From contig CAVSCK010000004.1 in the NCBI GenBank assembly GCA_963726455.1, positions 768,001 to 832,000 on the forward strand: 64,000 nt of DNA. The letters run 5' to 3'. The notes below the pieces were generated by a model. The model worked only from the letters and a program-made list of their open reading frames with translations. It had not been told where the DNA came from and did not search any database. This DNA is from an uncultured bacterium. Lineage in GTDB: Bacteria; Zixibacteria; MSB-5A5; CAIYYT01. Positions 1 through 11,097 of the stretch are shown piece after piece (the stretch's first letter is position 1; each line of letters opens with the position of its first letter). The position numbers and the translations under genes are program-made.

Positions 1-23
1 GCGGCTGAGAGAATTTTCTTCAT
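1..23 (-). CDS. 5' fragment of a gene running off the left edge (MKKILSA..., signal-peptide-like)
   Basis: ATG at 23 with AGGAG RBS 7 nt upstream. Confidence 0.6.
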
Positions 24-326
24 AATTAAACTCCTATGATCCTGGTTAACACTTCATGGCCCAAGTTTCGAGTCCCTATTGCTGGCTTCTAGCCATAGAC
101 CGTAATTTTGAATCGGGAGGTGTCCGATTCGACAAGACCTACAGAAAGTACGACGGTTCTACCCCGAAATTGTTGAATCGTTTCGGGAATGTTGAATTCC
201 CTCAGGTAAGTCGTTGAGAGACAGTGAGTGAAAAAATTTGCATCAAAACTGCCGCGAGCATTAATGCCAAAACAAAAACGGTTTTGACTCACGAACAATT
301 AGATAATAAGTCGGCGCCGAAACTGA

Positions 327-358
327 AAGCCCCACCAGCGTTGTCGCTGACGGGGCTT
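327..358 (-). terminator. Putative intrinsic terminator after the PEP-CTERM gene
   Basis: AAGCCCC-ACCAGCG...CGCTGAC-GGGGCTT hairpin. Confidence 0.55.
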
Positions 359-393
359 CATCAATTTGCTCGCAGATCGAATCTATGCCAGCT

Positions 394-1077
394 TTACTTC
401 TTGAACAGCACAACTCCAATGCTGAGCAGGCCAAGACCAAGCAGAATCAGTGTGCCTGGCTCTGGAACCGTCGGCTGCGGCTCAAGGTCGGAGAAGAAAT
501 TCAACTGGAAACCGGACTGAACAACATGCCGCTCGGCAAAGAAGATGTCGATGTCATGCCAACCTTGAGTAAGATTAATGTTGTAGTTGTCATAGGTTAT
601 GCCATGCACTCCGCCCAGATCAAGGACCAGGCTCTTGTCAATGAACAACCAGGAATCGTCATCGGAACCCATGCTGTAAGTATAATTCAGGTCTGAGGCG
701 ACATAGAATTTCCCCGTCCACTTAACCGCGAAATCCTGGGGATCCCCCGGCAAGCCGGTGTTGATTATGCTTGGAAACCAGGAATTGGCGAAGTTCGACT
801 GAAGATCAACATCGGAGTCGATTCTCTGTCCGACTTTGTACTGGTCAGTCCACCAATCCCACTGCTGCACCCGCGTGGCGCCGTAAGCACTGAGTGTCGG
901 CATGTTACCGACGAGCGCGTTTTCCACATAGCCCTGATCGAGACCGGTGATCCAGCGTTCCATGTCAGGGTGCTGGTTGCTCAGATTATAGTATGTACCC
1001 AGCAATCCGGCTTGAGCGCTGGCAGTAACCAGAAGCAGCGACATCAAGACCAAAACCGCGATTGAAAATCTCTTCAC
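394..1077 (-). CDS. PEP-CTERM sorting-domain protein with PA14/fibro-slime domain
   Basis: Signal peptide; SDDDSWLFID..LDLGGVHG..FFAERH fibro-slime motif; C-terminal VPEPGT + TM + KK. Confidence 0.92.
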   Translation of the reverse strand: MKRFSIAVLVLMSLLLVTASAQAGLLGTYYNLSNQHPDMERWITGLDQGYVENALVGNMPTLSAYGATRVQQWDWWTDQYKVGQRIDSDVDLQSNFANSWFPSIINTGLPGDPQDFAVKWTGKFYVASDLNYTYSMGSDDDSWLFIDKSLVLDLGGVHGITYDNYNINLTQGWHDIDIFFAERHVVQSGFQLNFFSDLEPQPTVPEPGTLILLGLGLLSIGVVLFKK

Positions 1078-1148
1078 ATTATCTCCTTAGTGTTAAATGC
1101 CATGAATTTCAACTTTGAGCGTCTGCCAAAGACATCACCATTATCTGA

Positions 1149-1165
1149 AGCAAATTGTCTGCCGG
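1149..1165 (-). promoter_or_regulatory. Sigma-54 (-24/-12) promoter of the PEP-CTERM gene
   Basis: Minus strand CCGGCAGACAATTTGCT: GG-N10-GC with TTGC. Confidence 0.7.
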
Positions 1166-1344
1166 TTTATGCTGGTCTGGTCAATCCCATGAATTACAAT
1201 AGATTATGTCCTTCGAACTAGAGTCCGAGTCTACATTACGAGTGGCTAAGTGTCGAAGATGTTTACGACTCCAGACACGGCCCGACTCGGTTGTCTGCTT
1301 AAGTGTCTTGCTGAATTAAAGTTAGCATCGCAAAGCAATCTGTC

Positions 1345-1500
1345 AGAATCGTGGACAGCCGGTCGGGTGGCCCGGACGTTCAGCGAACTGAAGTTGTCGA
1401 AATCCGCGGCTAGGCGGGGAGATGAAATCGAGGGTGTGCCAGAAGTGGTTTCGGTCTACTACATTAACTCCGCCCGCAGTCGGGCGGAGTTAGTCTTTGT
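1345..1500. repeat. Copy 1 of a degenerate ~150 bp intergenic repeat
   Basis: Shares GAACTGAAGTTGTCGAAA and flanking blocks with 4523-4690; includes perfect hairpin TAACTCCGCCCG-cagt-CGGGCGGAGTTA. Confidence 0.75.
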
Positions 1501-1562
1501 GTCACGGACTGACGGGCGGCCCGGACGGGGTTGGTATGATTACTGCTCTGCGGTACCTGACG

Positions 1563-3668
1563 TTACATTCCGACGCAGGGAACAGATCCGCTGCTGAAGA
1601 TATATTGGATTAGGTACACGGCATCCGAAATGTCACATCCCCGATCGCAATTGACGTCGCCCTGCCGATACGGATACGGAGCTCCTCCCTGGCCGAATAT
1701 GTAATTGATCAGAAAGACAACGTCCGATATATCGATGGCTCCGGAAGTGTTGGCATCCCCCATCATGAACGTCGGCGGCGTCATCTGGAGCACACTGACA
1801 TAGCTGGACCCCATGACGTAAGCGTAGTCGCCGCGGACCGCAAGCGAATGCGCAAGGTTTCCGGTCCAGTAGTTGGATATCTGCTGCGGCCTTTGCGGAT
1901 TATACAGATCAATCACCGAGACTTCGTTTGTCGCAGAAAAGAGAAAGTCACCCTGGCGCGCCAACGATTTTGCGGCGCCGTTCACCCAACATGTTCCGAT
2001 CTCTTTTGGCGCCGCCGGATTGGTACAGTCGACAATCATCGTCCGGTACGACGTAAGACTCAAGTAGGCGGTGTCATTAACTACTTCCATACCGTAAATC
2101 ACGGTACTCGGCGTCGGCTGATAACGGCCGATTACGCTTGGATTGGTGGGTTGGGAGAGGTCCATTATCGCCAGCGAATTCGGGAAATCGTTGCCGACAA
2201 TTACATAGGCGCGATTGCCTATCAATTTGATCTTTTCAATAGTCCAGAGTTCCGACGACCTGAACTGCGAAAGCACAACGGGGCGAACGGGATCGGAAAC
2301 ATCAATGATATCCATGAAGTCTGCCAGACCGGTGACAGCGATATTTCCTTGGACGTCGAGATGGAAGGGAACGTCCACCTCCGTCGAGGATAGTAGCGCG
2401 GGGTTGGAGGGATCGGATATGTCGAGAATGTTGAGCCAATTGGCGTCGGTCAGATACACGAGATTCCCAATGGCTTCGACTTCCTGTGCCTTGTCACCTT
2501 GCGGCACAAATGTGCTCAGGAGAACCGGTGCGGCAGGATTAGAAATGTCGATGAGACTAAGGCCCGAGTACACAACGGCGACTGTATTGCCCGTAAGTGC
2601 CAGGTTACCCGGAAAGTTCAATTCTTGAAACGGCAAGTCCCCCATAGATACCGGACTGGTGGGAACAGCAACGTTCCAGACATCTAGACGGCCGGAGCTG
2701 CAAATGTAAAGATTGTCACCCTCCTTCGCGAGAGTAGATGTCGAGGTTGGGAACGTGGCTACCTGTAGCGGTGCGGCGGGATCGCTGAAATCGATCACGC
2801 AGGCAGGTTTCGACAGATATACATATGACCCGGAAGCCGCAATCATCCCAGGGAAACGGGCGGCAAAGAACCCGAGTGTAGCCGGCATGGCACGATTTGA
2901 TATATCGAACGCCGCCACCCCTGAGTCGCCCTGGACGACGTAGAGCGTGTTGCCGCTGAGGGCGAAGTACTGTGGACTCAACTCGCTCGGGAATGGATAC
3001 ACGGACACAGTTTGCATGTTTGCCGGATCAGAAATGTCAACGACGTCGATGTCATCATGCGCAGCGAGATACGCATGGTTACCAACGATCTGAATCCTTG
3101 AGATATTCATGGCGCTCGGCCAAAAACCCACTGGGTCGGGGTTCAGCGGATTCGAAATGTCAACCGCGAGCAGGCCGTCGTGAGCAGCCACCAGCGCCGT
3201 TGAACCGGACACCTTGAGGTCGTTGCAGTATACAGCGAGGGTGCACGATGCCACAATGACCGGATGCACCGGATCGGTCAAGTCCATTACTGTGAAAGCC
3301 GGCTGCAAGTTTCGAACCATATAGAGGTAATTCCCGGAAATGTCGACCGACCATGGCTTGGCACCGCCTTCGATCTTCATTTGGTTCACGATAACCGGAT
3401 TTGTCGGATCGCTCACATCAACCACGATTAGCCCATTATCATTTGGGCTGTATATATAGTTGCCCTCAGGATGAACCGATCCCAGCACCGGGAAATTGAA
3501 CCGCCCCACCTCCTGGATTGGATACAAGCTGTCGTAATCCGACCGGCTCTCGCCGGTCTGCGCTTTGCCCAGACTGGTTGACGCCGAACGTTCACCGCCA
3601 TTCAGAGATACGAAGGCAGCAGCGATCAGAGCGACGGCCAGGACGATGCAACGGTAGCTGCGACTCAT
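1563..3668 (-). CDS. Secreted LVIVD-repeat protein with C-terminal dockerin-like domain
   Basis: Many (L/V)xxxDxSxPxxP repeats; GDANTSGAIDISD / GDVNCDRGCDISD; ATG 3668 with AGGAGG RBS. Confidence 0.88.
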   Translation of the reverse strand: MSRSYRCIVLAVALIAAAFVSLNGGERSASTSLGKAQTGESRSDYDSLYPIQEVGRFNFPVLGSVHPEGNYIYSPNDNGLIVVDVSDPTNPVIVNQMKIEGGAKPWSVDISGNYLYMVRNLQPAFTVMDLTDPVHPVIVASCTLAVYCNDLKVSGSTALVAAHDGLLAVDISNPLNPDPVGFWPSAMNISRIQIVGNHAYLAAHDDIDVVDISDPANMQTVSVYPFPSELSPQYFALSGNTLYVVQGDSGVAAFDISNRAMPATLGFFAARFPGMIAASGSYVYLSKPACVIDFSDPAAPLQVATFPTSTSTLAKEGDNLYICSSGRLDVWNVAVPTSPVSMGDLPFQELNFPGNLALTGNTVAVVYSGLSLIDISNPAAPVLLSTFVPQGDKAQEVEAIGNLVYLTDANWLNILDISDPSNPALLSSTEVDVPFHLDVQGNIAVTGLADFMDIIDVSDPVRPVVLSQFRSSELWTIEKIKLIGNRAYVIVGNDFPNSLAIMDLSQPTNPSVIGRYQPTPSTVIYGMEVVNDTAYLSLTSYRTMIVDCTNPAAPKEIGTCWVNGAAKSLARQGDFLFSATNEVSVIDLYNPQRPQQISNYWTGNLAHSLAVRGDYAYVMGSSYVSVLQMTPPTFMMGDANTSGAIDISDVVFLINYIFGQGGAPYPYRQGDVNCDRGCDISDAVYLIQYIFSSGSVPCVGM

Positions 3669-3938
3669 GAAATACCTCCTTGGAACAAATAGATCAAGAT
3701 CGGTCTGCAAGAGTGACCCGTTTCCGCTTTTGAATATATGCTCACCGGCTGCGCTTCCTCACAGACAGCGCGCCGCATAGACTTTGAGTTTCCGACTATT
3801 TACAGTGCGACGGAAAGCTAATGAAACAAAATCGACATGTCAAGAGTTTTTATGGCCTGTTCCAACCGGGATGCGAGATTGAGTTCGTATCGGAGACTAT
3901 CGAATGCAGCTGGACAAAGGCCACGGAACGTTTGAGTT

Positions 3939-4409
3939 CTACGTCCCGGATTTCGCACTCCTCGGGCCGATGGCTCCCCCGGACAAGCTGATCAACTGCA
4001 TGTTTGCTTTGTATGTCTTGACGCCGAAGACCACAGCGATAATGCCGAAGATCAGCAGGAACAGGTGATGAATGAATACGAAATTCACGAGCATTGACAC
4101 TCCGCCGGAAAGCTCAAAGATGAGAGCCGTCCAGCCAGTTGATTGAAAAGCTTTCCGGATCCCCCAGATGATCAGGAAGAGTCCTCCGCCTCCGATTAAC
4201 ACAAACATGGCCCACGCCAGCGGAGAAGCTCCGGAGATGCCTTCTGGGATAAGACCGAAATGTGCCCCGAGCAACAGGGCCAGGAAGAACAAACCGACTT
4301 CGAACATCAGCACGCCCACAATCTGCGCGGCGATGATTTTCACGAGAGTTCCTTGCGCCAGCGGCATAATAGCCGGACTGTCGGCCTTTGACATTCCCCT
4401 TAGACTCAT
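3939..4409 (-). CDS. Hypothetical membrane protein (~4 TM)
   Basis: Hydrophobic segments; plausible RBS. Confidence 0.6.
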   Translation of the reverse strand: MSLRGMSKADSPAIMPLAQGTLVKIIAAQIVGVLMFEVGLFFLALLLGAHFGLIPEGISGASPLAWAMFVLIGGGGLFLIIWGIRKAFQSTGWTALIFELSGGVSMLVNFVFIHHLFLLIFGIIAVVFGVKTYKANMQLISLSGGAIGPRSAKSGT

Positions 4410-4522
4410 GATATTCCTGCCTTTCTAATTCGTTGACCTTTCCCCGAACGTTTTCGCATCTCTCGGCGAAGGTGGTTGCCTTATCAAAGACAAGATGGTG
4501 AGATTGTGTGACAGTCGGCAAA

Positions 4523-4690
4523 CAGAATTATGGGAGTGGTGGGTGGTGCGGACGTATGTGTTCCCGTTCGGTGAACTGAAGTTGTCGAAACCCGCATGGA
4601 GGCGGGAGACGAGTTTGATTGTGTACCGCCTGGGGTTTCGAGCTACTCAACTCTCCCCACAGCAAGCTGCGGCGGACTAGGGCTTTCATT
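4523..4690. repeat. Copy 2 of the degenerate ~150 bp intergenic repeat
   Basis: Collinear similarity to 1345-1500. Confidence 0.75.
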
Positions 4691-4692
4691 GT

Positions 4693-5436
4693 TTAGGTAT
4701 CCAGGAAGTCCCATTCATCTCCAAGGACCCACCGGATTGCTGACAGTTTTCCGTTTATCATTCCCCATTCAAAATCATCATGAGGTCCCAAGCACTTTTT
4801 CCCATATGTATTCTCTATTCTCTTTGCTTCCGCTCGTGCTCTTTTCCAAATTTCCTGATCCACTTTTTCTTTCTTCTCGTCCACTGCGCATTTTATGAGT
4901 TGATGGCGGTCATACCACATTCTATCGAAGAATTCGACTTCCGCCGCCACTATCTCCTCAATATTGCGAATCGACTCGTCAATCAGATTGTACTTTCTGA
5001 GGAGGGCCCTTTTCCTTCTACAGAGCTTTTCAATTGTCGGCTTTTCCCACAATCTTATTTCGAAAGGTGGCTTCCTATTCCTCTTATATTCCTGTAAATA
5101 TCTTTTGGCTGGATTAGACAAATGTCCGGAAATGATGAATAAGGCGACGCGTGGGCTTTCTGCCTCGGCCCAGCTTAATAGGTTCTGAAGTTGAGTCGGA
5201 GGGACAGCTTTTTTGTGGTGTTTACACTCGATGTACCAAGTTTCGACTGATCTTGACAAGTCAATGTCTGTCTTGAATAGCTCACCGATTATGTCCCGCC
5301 CCTGATCGGCTGGGCTAGCAGGACGATTCGTTCCTTTTCTCCAGTCCAAGTTCACAAAGCCAAGGGAGTCTAGGAGGTCATAGCAGAATTGTTCAAATTC
5401 TGTTGGCTTCAATTTTTCGAATTGTAGCTTCACCAT
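4693..5436 (-). CDS. Mrr-like (type IV) restriction endonuclease domain protein
   Basis: EFEQFCYDLL..GF..DQGRDI..IECKH PD-(D/E)xK pattern. Confidence 0.85.
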   Translation of the reverse strand: MVKLQFEKLKPTEFEQFCYDLLDSLGFVNLDWRKGTNRPASPADQGRDIIGELFKTDIDLSRSVETWYIECKHHKKAVPPTQLQNLLSWAEAESPRVALFIISGHLSNPAKRYLQEYKRNRKPPFEIRLWEKPTIEKLCRRKRALLRKYNLIDESIRNIEEIVAAEVEFFDRMWYDRHQLIKCAVDEKKEKVDQEIWKRARAEAKRIENTYGKKCLGPHDDFEWGMINGKLSAIRWVLGDEWDFLDT

Positions 5437-5655
5437 CTTAACTTCTTCACTCCTTTATCACTTGCCGCTCGGTGCCGTGCACCCACATGATTGGGAAACT
5501 GAAAGAGACGAGTCTCACGTCCAAGTGCGTTCAGGAGTCGTGCCTTTGAGCAATTGTGCATCACGGTTCCGTAAGATACCGGACGCACGTCCGGGCCACC
5601 CAGCACCCGGCGGTTATGACTTACGGAAATATGAATCGGCCCATCGTTCAGCGGA

Positions 5656-5937
5656 TTACTCGAGATGCTCCGGACCGCACAAATTCCGCAAGAACATCGC
5701 GAGTTCCTCATTGGAGATCCGTCCACTTGACACTGCTTGTCTTATGATTGCGCCCAGACTTGACCAAGTGAAGTATGCAGGACGGAGGACGAATCCGTCT
5801 GGAGAGACTTTGGTTCCCCTCCAGACGAGCGCGAACTCCACTCTTCCGTCCTCATCATCTCGAATCACTCTGTCAAGGCAGAAGCGATACCGACCGTGAT
5901 GAACAGGCATACCTACCAACTCCTCATGTGTCGCCAA
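5656..5937 (-). CDS. Hypothetical protein
   Basis: 93 aa ORF with GAGG RBS, co-oriented with neighbours. Confidence 0.55.
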   Translation of the reverse strand: MATHEELVGMPVHHGRYRFCLDRVIRDDEDGRVEFALVWRGTKVSPDGFVLRPAYFTWSSLGAIIRQAVSSGRISNEELAMFLRNLCGPEHLE

Positions 5938-5979
5938 TTCCTCATCCTTTCCGAAGTTTTGTCACAACTTCCAGAGTGT

Positions 5980-6630
5980 CTATTCTTCGACCTCTCCTAT
6001 TTCGAGCTTCCAGCTTCCCACGCTGTTTACCTGCAGATAGAAGATACCCCCCTTCGGAATATATGAGGACCCAACTCCACTACCAAGCTGATTCGCAATT
6101 ACTTCCTCCCTTGACGAGGTTGCGGAATGAAGGTAAACTTGAAATATATCTCCGGTAGCACTCCACCGCACTTCCCATTCTCCCGATACCTTGAAGGGTC
6201 GCGTTGTCTGAACACCCTTTCCCTGGAAAGTCAAAGCCTCTGGCTTGCTGCCGACCTTTGCAGGCGTTACGAGTGTCTCTCTTGCAATCTGCACTATTCT
6301 GACATTCCATGTTCCAAGAGCATTTATCTGGAGATAGAATCTGCCCGCTCTGGGCTGGTAAGAACTGCCTCTCCCATCACCCAACTGATTCGCAACAATT
6401 TCATCCATATCGCCATTGGTGTCGCGAAGCGACAGCTGAAAAAGGTCTCCGCTGGCCTCCCATTGTATTTCCCAGTCTTCGCCAGCGGTGAAAGGCCTGG
6501 TATTACTTATGCCTGTGCCGGAAAACGATCGAATCAATGAATCGTTTCCTACCGCTAACGATGCAGTTATGACCACGAACGCTGCCAGCCATCTTATCAC
6601 AATGACAGTCATAATACTTTGTCCCTCCAC
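5980..6630 (-). CDS. Secreted hypothetical protein with two tandem homologous beta domains
   Basis: Signal peptide; duplicated G..TRPF...W...W...GD.FQ...ANQLG.G.GSSY.P..G.FYLQ.N..G.W. Confidence 0.8.
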   Translation of the reverse strand: MEGQSIMTVIVIRWLAAFVVITASLAVGNDSLIRSFSGTGISNTRPFTAGEDWEIQWEASGDLFQLSLRDTNGDMDEIVANQLGDGRGSSYQPRAGRFYLQINALGTWNVRIVQIARETLVTPAKVGSKPEALTFQGKGVQTTRPFKVSGEWEVRWSATGDIFQVYLHSATSSREEVIANQLGSGVGSSYIPKGGIFYLQVNSVGSWKLEIGEVEE

Positions 6631-6755
6631 CAGTTTCGAAAGTCAAGACCGGCCCAGTCATGGCAGTCTCTATCTATAGGTTTGCCCTTTCCTAGCCCCG
6701 TATTCAATTTTCGATCATTAACACAATAATCTGTGCGGCATTTCTTGTCAAACAT

Positions 6756-6892
6756 AAAAAACCCCTGCCGTTACCGACAGGGGTTTATATATCAAGAAAT
6801 AGCGTGCAGGATGAAAGCTTGGGTGTCGTTAGTATTGGATTCCCGCCCGTCAGTGCCGGATATTCGACTTTCGCGGGAATGACAAGTATCGT
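6756..6892. repeat. Direct repeat copy A (terminator hairpin plus REP-like block)
   Basis: 6756-6820 nearly identical to 7379-7442; 6872-6892 identical to 7545-7565. Confidence 0.9.
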
Positions 6893-6906
6893 GCGAGCCC
6901 AAGTCC

Positions 6907-7127
6907 TCACAGGAGCTTGACGAATTCATCGACACCGAGGCCGGACTGACGAAGGATCGCACGCAGAGTACCACGGTCGAGTTCCTTGTGGTCAGGCACG
7001 ACGAGTTGGGCGAAAGGATCATCACGTCGGAGGATAACGTGGCTTCCTCCTGCCTCTTGAAATAGAAGTCTGCCTTCTCCAAAGCCCTAATGCATTCACG
7101 ACCGGAAATACGCGGGAGCTTACTCAT
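6907..7127 (-). CDS. hicA: HicA family toxin (1-nt deletion near 7047)
   Basis: MSKLPRISGRECIRALEK..RQE[G]SHVILRRDDPFAQLVVPDHKELDRGTLRAIL after frame repair. Confidence 0.85.
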
Positions 7128-7330
7128 ACGGCGATTATGACGGCGTCGAACCGCTCGCCGGGCACAGGAAGCTTATCCTCCTCAAGAGCGGCCACGTAGC
7201 CACGAATCGCTTCTCGGATATTCTCGATGGCCTGTTCTTTCGTCTCACCTTGACTAATACATCCGGGCAAGCTGGGGCATTCCGCGACCCAGTAACCATC
7301 CTCGCCGGGATAGATGATTGCTTGTCTCAT
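7124..7330 (-). CDS. hicB: HicB family antitoxin (short form)
   Basis: EDGYWVAECPSLPGCISQGETKEQAIENIREAI; 4-nt overlap with hicA. Confidence 0.92.
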   Translation of the reverse strand: MRQAIIYPGEDGYWVAECPSLPGCISQGETKEQAIENIREAIRGYVAALEEDKLPVPGERFDAVIIAV

Positions 7331-7378
7331 TTGCTTCCTCCTACAAATAATATACGCCATGGCACATCTGAGCCAAAC

Positions 7379-7565
7379 AAAAAACCCCTGCCGTTGCCGG
7401 CAGGGGTTTATATATCAAGAAATAGCGTGCGGATGAAAGCTTCTTTGGCGTTCGTCTGGACTCGCTTCGCGGTATTGCGACGAAACCGAGATACGTCGAC
7501 AGAGTTTGTAAAGCGATACGAGTTGATACTTGCGTGTCCGCTTGCGCGGGAATGACAAGTATCGT
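7379..7565. repeat. Direct repeat copy B; contains the likely 16S terminator
   Basis: AAACCCCTGCCG-ttgc-CGGCAGGGGTTT hairpin with T-tract on the minus strand. Confidence 0.9.
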
Positions 7566-7601
7566 ATGCCGTGTTGTACCGCTGTACACCCATAACTCCT
7601 T

Positions 7602-9164
<1,563 letters not shown>

Positions 9165-9324
9165 AAATTTGAATTAGCTCTAGAATTAGAAGTTCCGTGA
9201 TCTCGTACTAAATTCGACACCAGATCACGTCGTTCGAATTGGCTTAAAATTTGGTTTTGACAGAGTCGCTTTTTTCAAAACAACTTTGCCCGTATCTCAA
9301 GCTTTCATATTAGCACACTATTTT

Positions 9325-9337
9325 CTTGTCAAAGACC
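9325..9337 (-). promoter_or_regulatory. boxA-like antitermination element in the rRNA leader
   Basis: GGTCTTTGACAAG. Confidence 0.55.
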
Positions 9338-9430
9338 GTTACGCTCTCCCGTCGAGAGCGATAAAAAAGCTGACCGAGGTCAGTTGTCATTCGCTGATTT
9401 AAAGATCACTGCCCCCATCAGCGGGCAAAC

Positions 9431-9458
9431 AATATACGTATGGCCTTTCAGGTGTCAA
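9431..9458 (-). promoter_or_regulatory. Sigma-70 rRNA promoter
   Basis: TTGACA-16 nt-TATATT followed by a GC-rich stretch. Confidence 0.8.
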
Positions 9459-9625
9459 GGGAAATTCTCAAGTATTTCGAGAAAAAGTTCGTGGGGCGTT
9501 TTGACGCGCCAGAATTGGCCGTCAAGCGATTGTCCGGCTATTATCAGGATATCGACGGCATTACGTCAGAAGGTATACTTCGAAGAACCTGTTAACCTCC
9601 CCTATCCATTGGACGTCTTAGGGGC

Positions 9626-9982
9626 ATGATGCAAGACGACGTAGCAAGTAGCCAGTGTTCATCGCAGCATGAAGGCGCCACGATCGGCTCAAGCGACTTG
9701 ATGGCAGACAAGATGGCGACAAAAGTTTCGGGTCAACTGCCGACCAGAGCCATGGTCAGAGCAATTCAGATCGGCACAGTCCTGTTGACTTTGGGAAGTG
9801 GCCTCCTTCTGAATAGCTGGATCCTGGGCAAGACGAGCGACCTCAATAATTTGAGTAGGTCCAGCGACGCCGGTTATTGGGGACTAATGTCCGTGGCTGT
9901 TGGCGCAGGTATGATGCTTGGAGTTGCGGTCACCTATTTCTATCGCCTGATCTTCTTGATCGTCAAGAGGCACACTGAATGA
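9626..9982 (+). CDS. Hypothetical membrane protein (2 TM)
   Basis: Two hydrophobic segments; start uncertain. Confidence 0.55.
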   Translation: MMQDDVASSQCSSQHEGATIGSSDLMADKMATKVSGQLPTRAMVRAIQIGTVLLTLGSGLLLNSWILGKTSDLNNLSRSSDAGYWGLMSVAVGAGMMLGVAVTYFYRLIFLIVKRHTE

Positions 9983-10025
9983 GATTTGAAATTGCAGATA
10001 TTTATCTTGAGACAGGAGAGCAAGA

Positions 10026-10517
10026 ATGGATGCAATAGTTATCCAGGAAACGGTAATCGCCGTCGCGGGTATTGGCTTTGCCGCATTTGTCATCTGGTTG
10101 GTTTTTCGCCGATACAGTATGTCGGTGAAAGCGCGGCTGGAACAGGCGGAATACAGGAATCGACTGCTGGAGAAATTCGCCACTGCCGCGGAGTTCATCG
10201 AATTCGTGCGCACGCCCGAAGGTCGATCAATGGTCGACCCCTGGACATCCAAGTTGACCTCGAATCCAGCCCTGGGTGTGATTCGCACAATTCAGGTGGG
10301 AGTAGGAAGCTTCTTCATCGGCATCGCCCTGACGTTAGGTTCACATCGACTGGACGGCAAGACCGATATCAACTTTGTCATGCAATCCCTCAATGAAAGA
10401 TTCTGGGGCACGGTGGGAATCTCTCTGGGAATCGGATTGATTATTGCCGGTTTGATCGCGTATGTGCTGGCGAGGCGGATGGGATTGATAAAACCGGGCG
10501 CGTCCGATGCCAAATGA
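10026..10517 (+). CDS. Membrane protein (3 TM) associated with ECF sigma
   Basis: AGGAG RBS; TM-charged helix-2TM layout. Confidence 0.7.
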   Translation: MDAIVIQETVIAVAGIGFAAFVIWLVFRRYSMSVKARLEQAEYRNRLLEKFATAAEFIEFVRTPEGRSMVDPWTSKLTSNPALGVIRTIQVGVGSFFIGIALTLGSHRLDGKTDINFVMQSLNERFWGTVGISLGIGLIIAGLIAYVLARRMGLIKPGASDAK

Positions 10518-10533
10518 ATTATCGTGCAAGTGA

Positions 10534-11097
10534 GTGGCCAGAGTCGAAGCTGTGATCAATGAGGAAAGCTTCACCGAATTCCATCGTCGAACATCAGAGG
10601 CGTTCTGGTCGTACCTGTTTCGACTGACGGCCGACCGAAGTCTGGCGGATGATATGTTGCAGGATTCGTATGTACGCCTCATTAACAAAGCTCCCGACGG
10701 GCTTGATGGTCGGCAGTTGAAATCATACCTGTATCAGATCGGCACGAGGATCTTCTACGATCATCTTCGGACTCTCAAGCGCAAACGCCGGTGGTTTGCC
10801 GAATCTGCAAATGGCGCGGGACCTTCTGGTGACGAAATTGAACAATCCGAGGCAGCAGATCAAACCAGCTCTATCACTGGCGATCAGCGGCGTACGGTTG
10901 CGCGGGCGCTGAATGATCTCACACCTCAGGAGAGAAGTCTCCTTTGGCTGGCCCATGTTGAGGGCTATACTCATGAAGAGATTGCGCAGATTCATGGACT
11001 CAGTCCGGCAAGTATCAAAGTCCTATTGTTTCGCGCCAGAAAGCGGCTCAAAGAAGTACTTGGAGCCATGGGAATTCAATCAATTGGTGATGTATGA
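10534..11097 (+). CDS. ECF RNA polymerase sigma factor
   Basis: ADDMLQDSY region 2; EGYTHEEIA..SIKVLLFRARKRL region 4. Confidence 0.93.
   Translation: MARVEAVINEESFTEFHRRTSEAFWSYLFRLTADRSLADDMLQDSYVRLINKAPDGLDGRQLKSYLYQIGTRIFYDHLRTLKRKRRWFAESANGAGPSGDEIEQSEAADQTSSITGDQRRTVARALNDLTPQERSLLWLAHVEGYTHEEIAQIHGLSPASIKVLLFRARKRLKEVLGAMGIQSIGDV

Noticed and set aside
1460-1496. attC-like TAAC...GTTA inverted repeat suggesting an integron
   Set aside because: Only ~34 bp, no L-box bulges and no integrase in the window; better read as a hairpin or terminator
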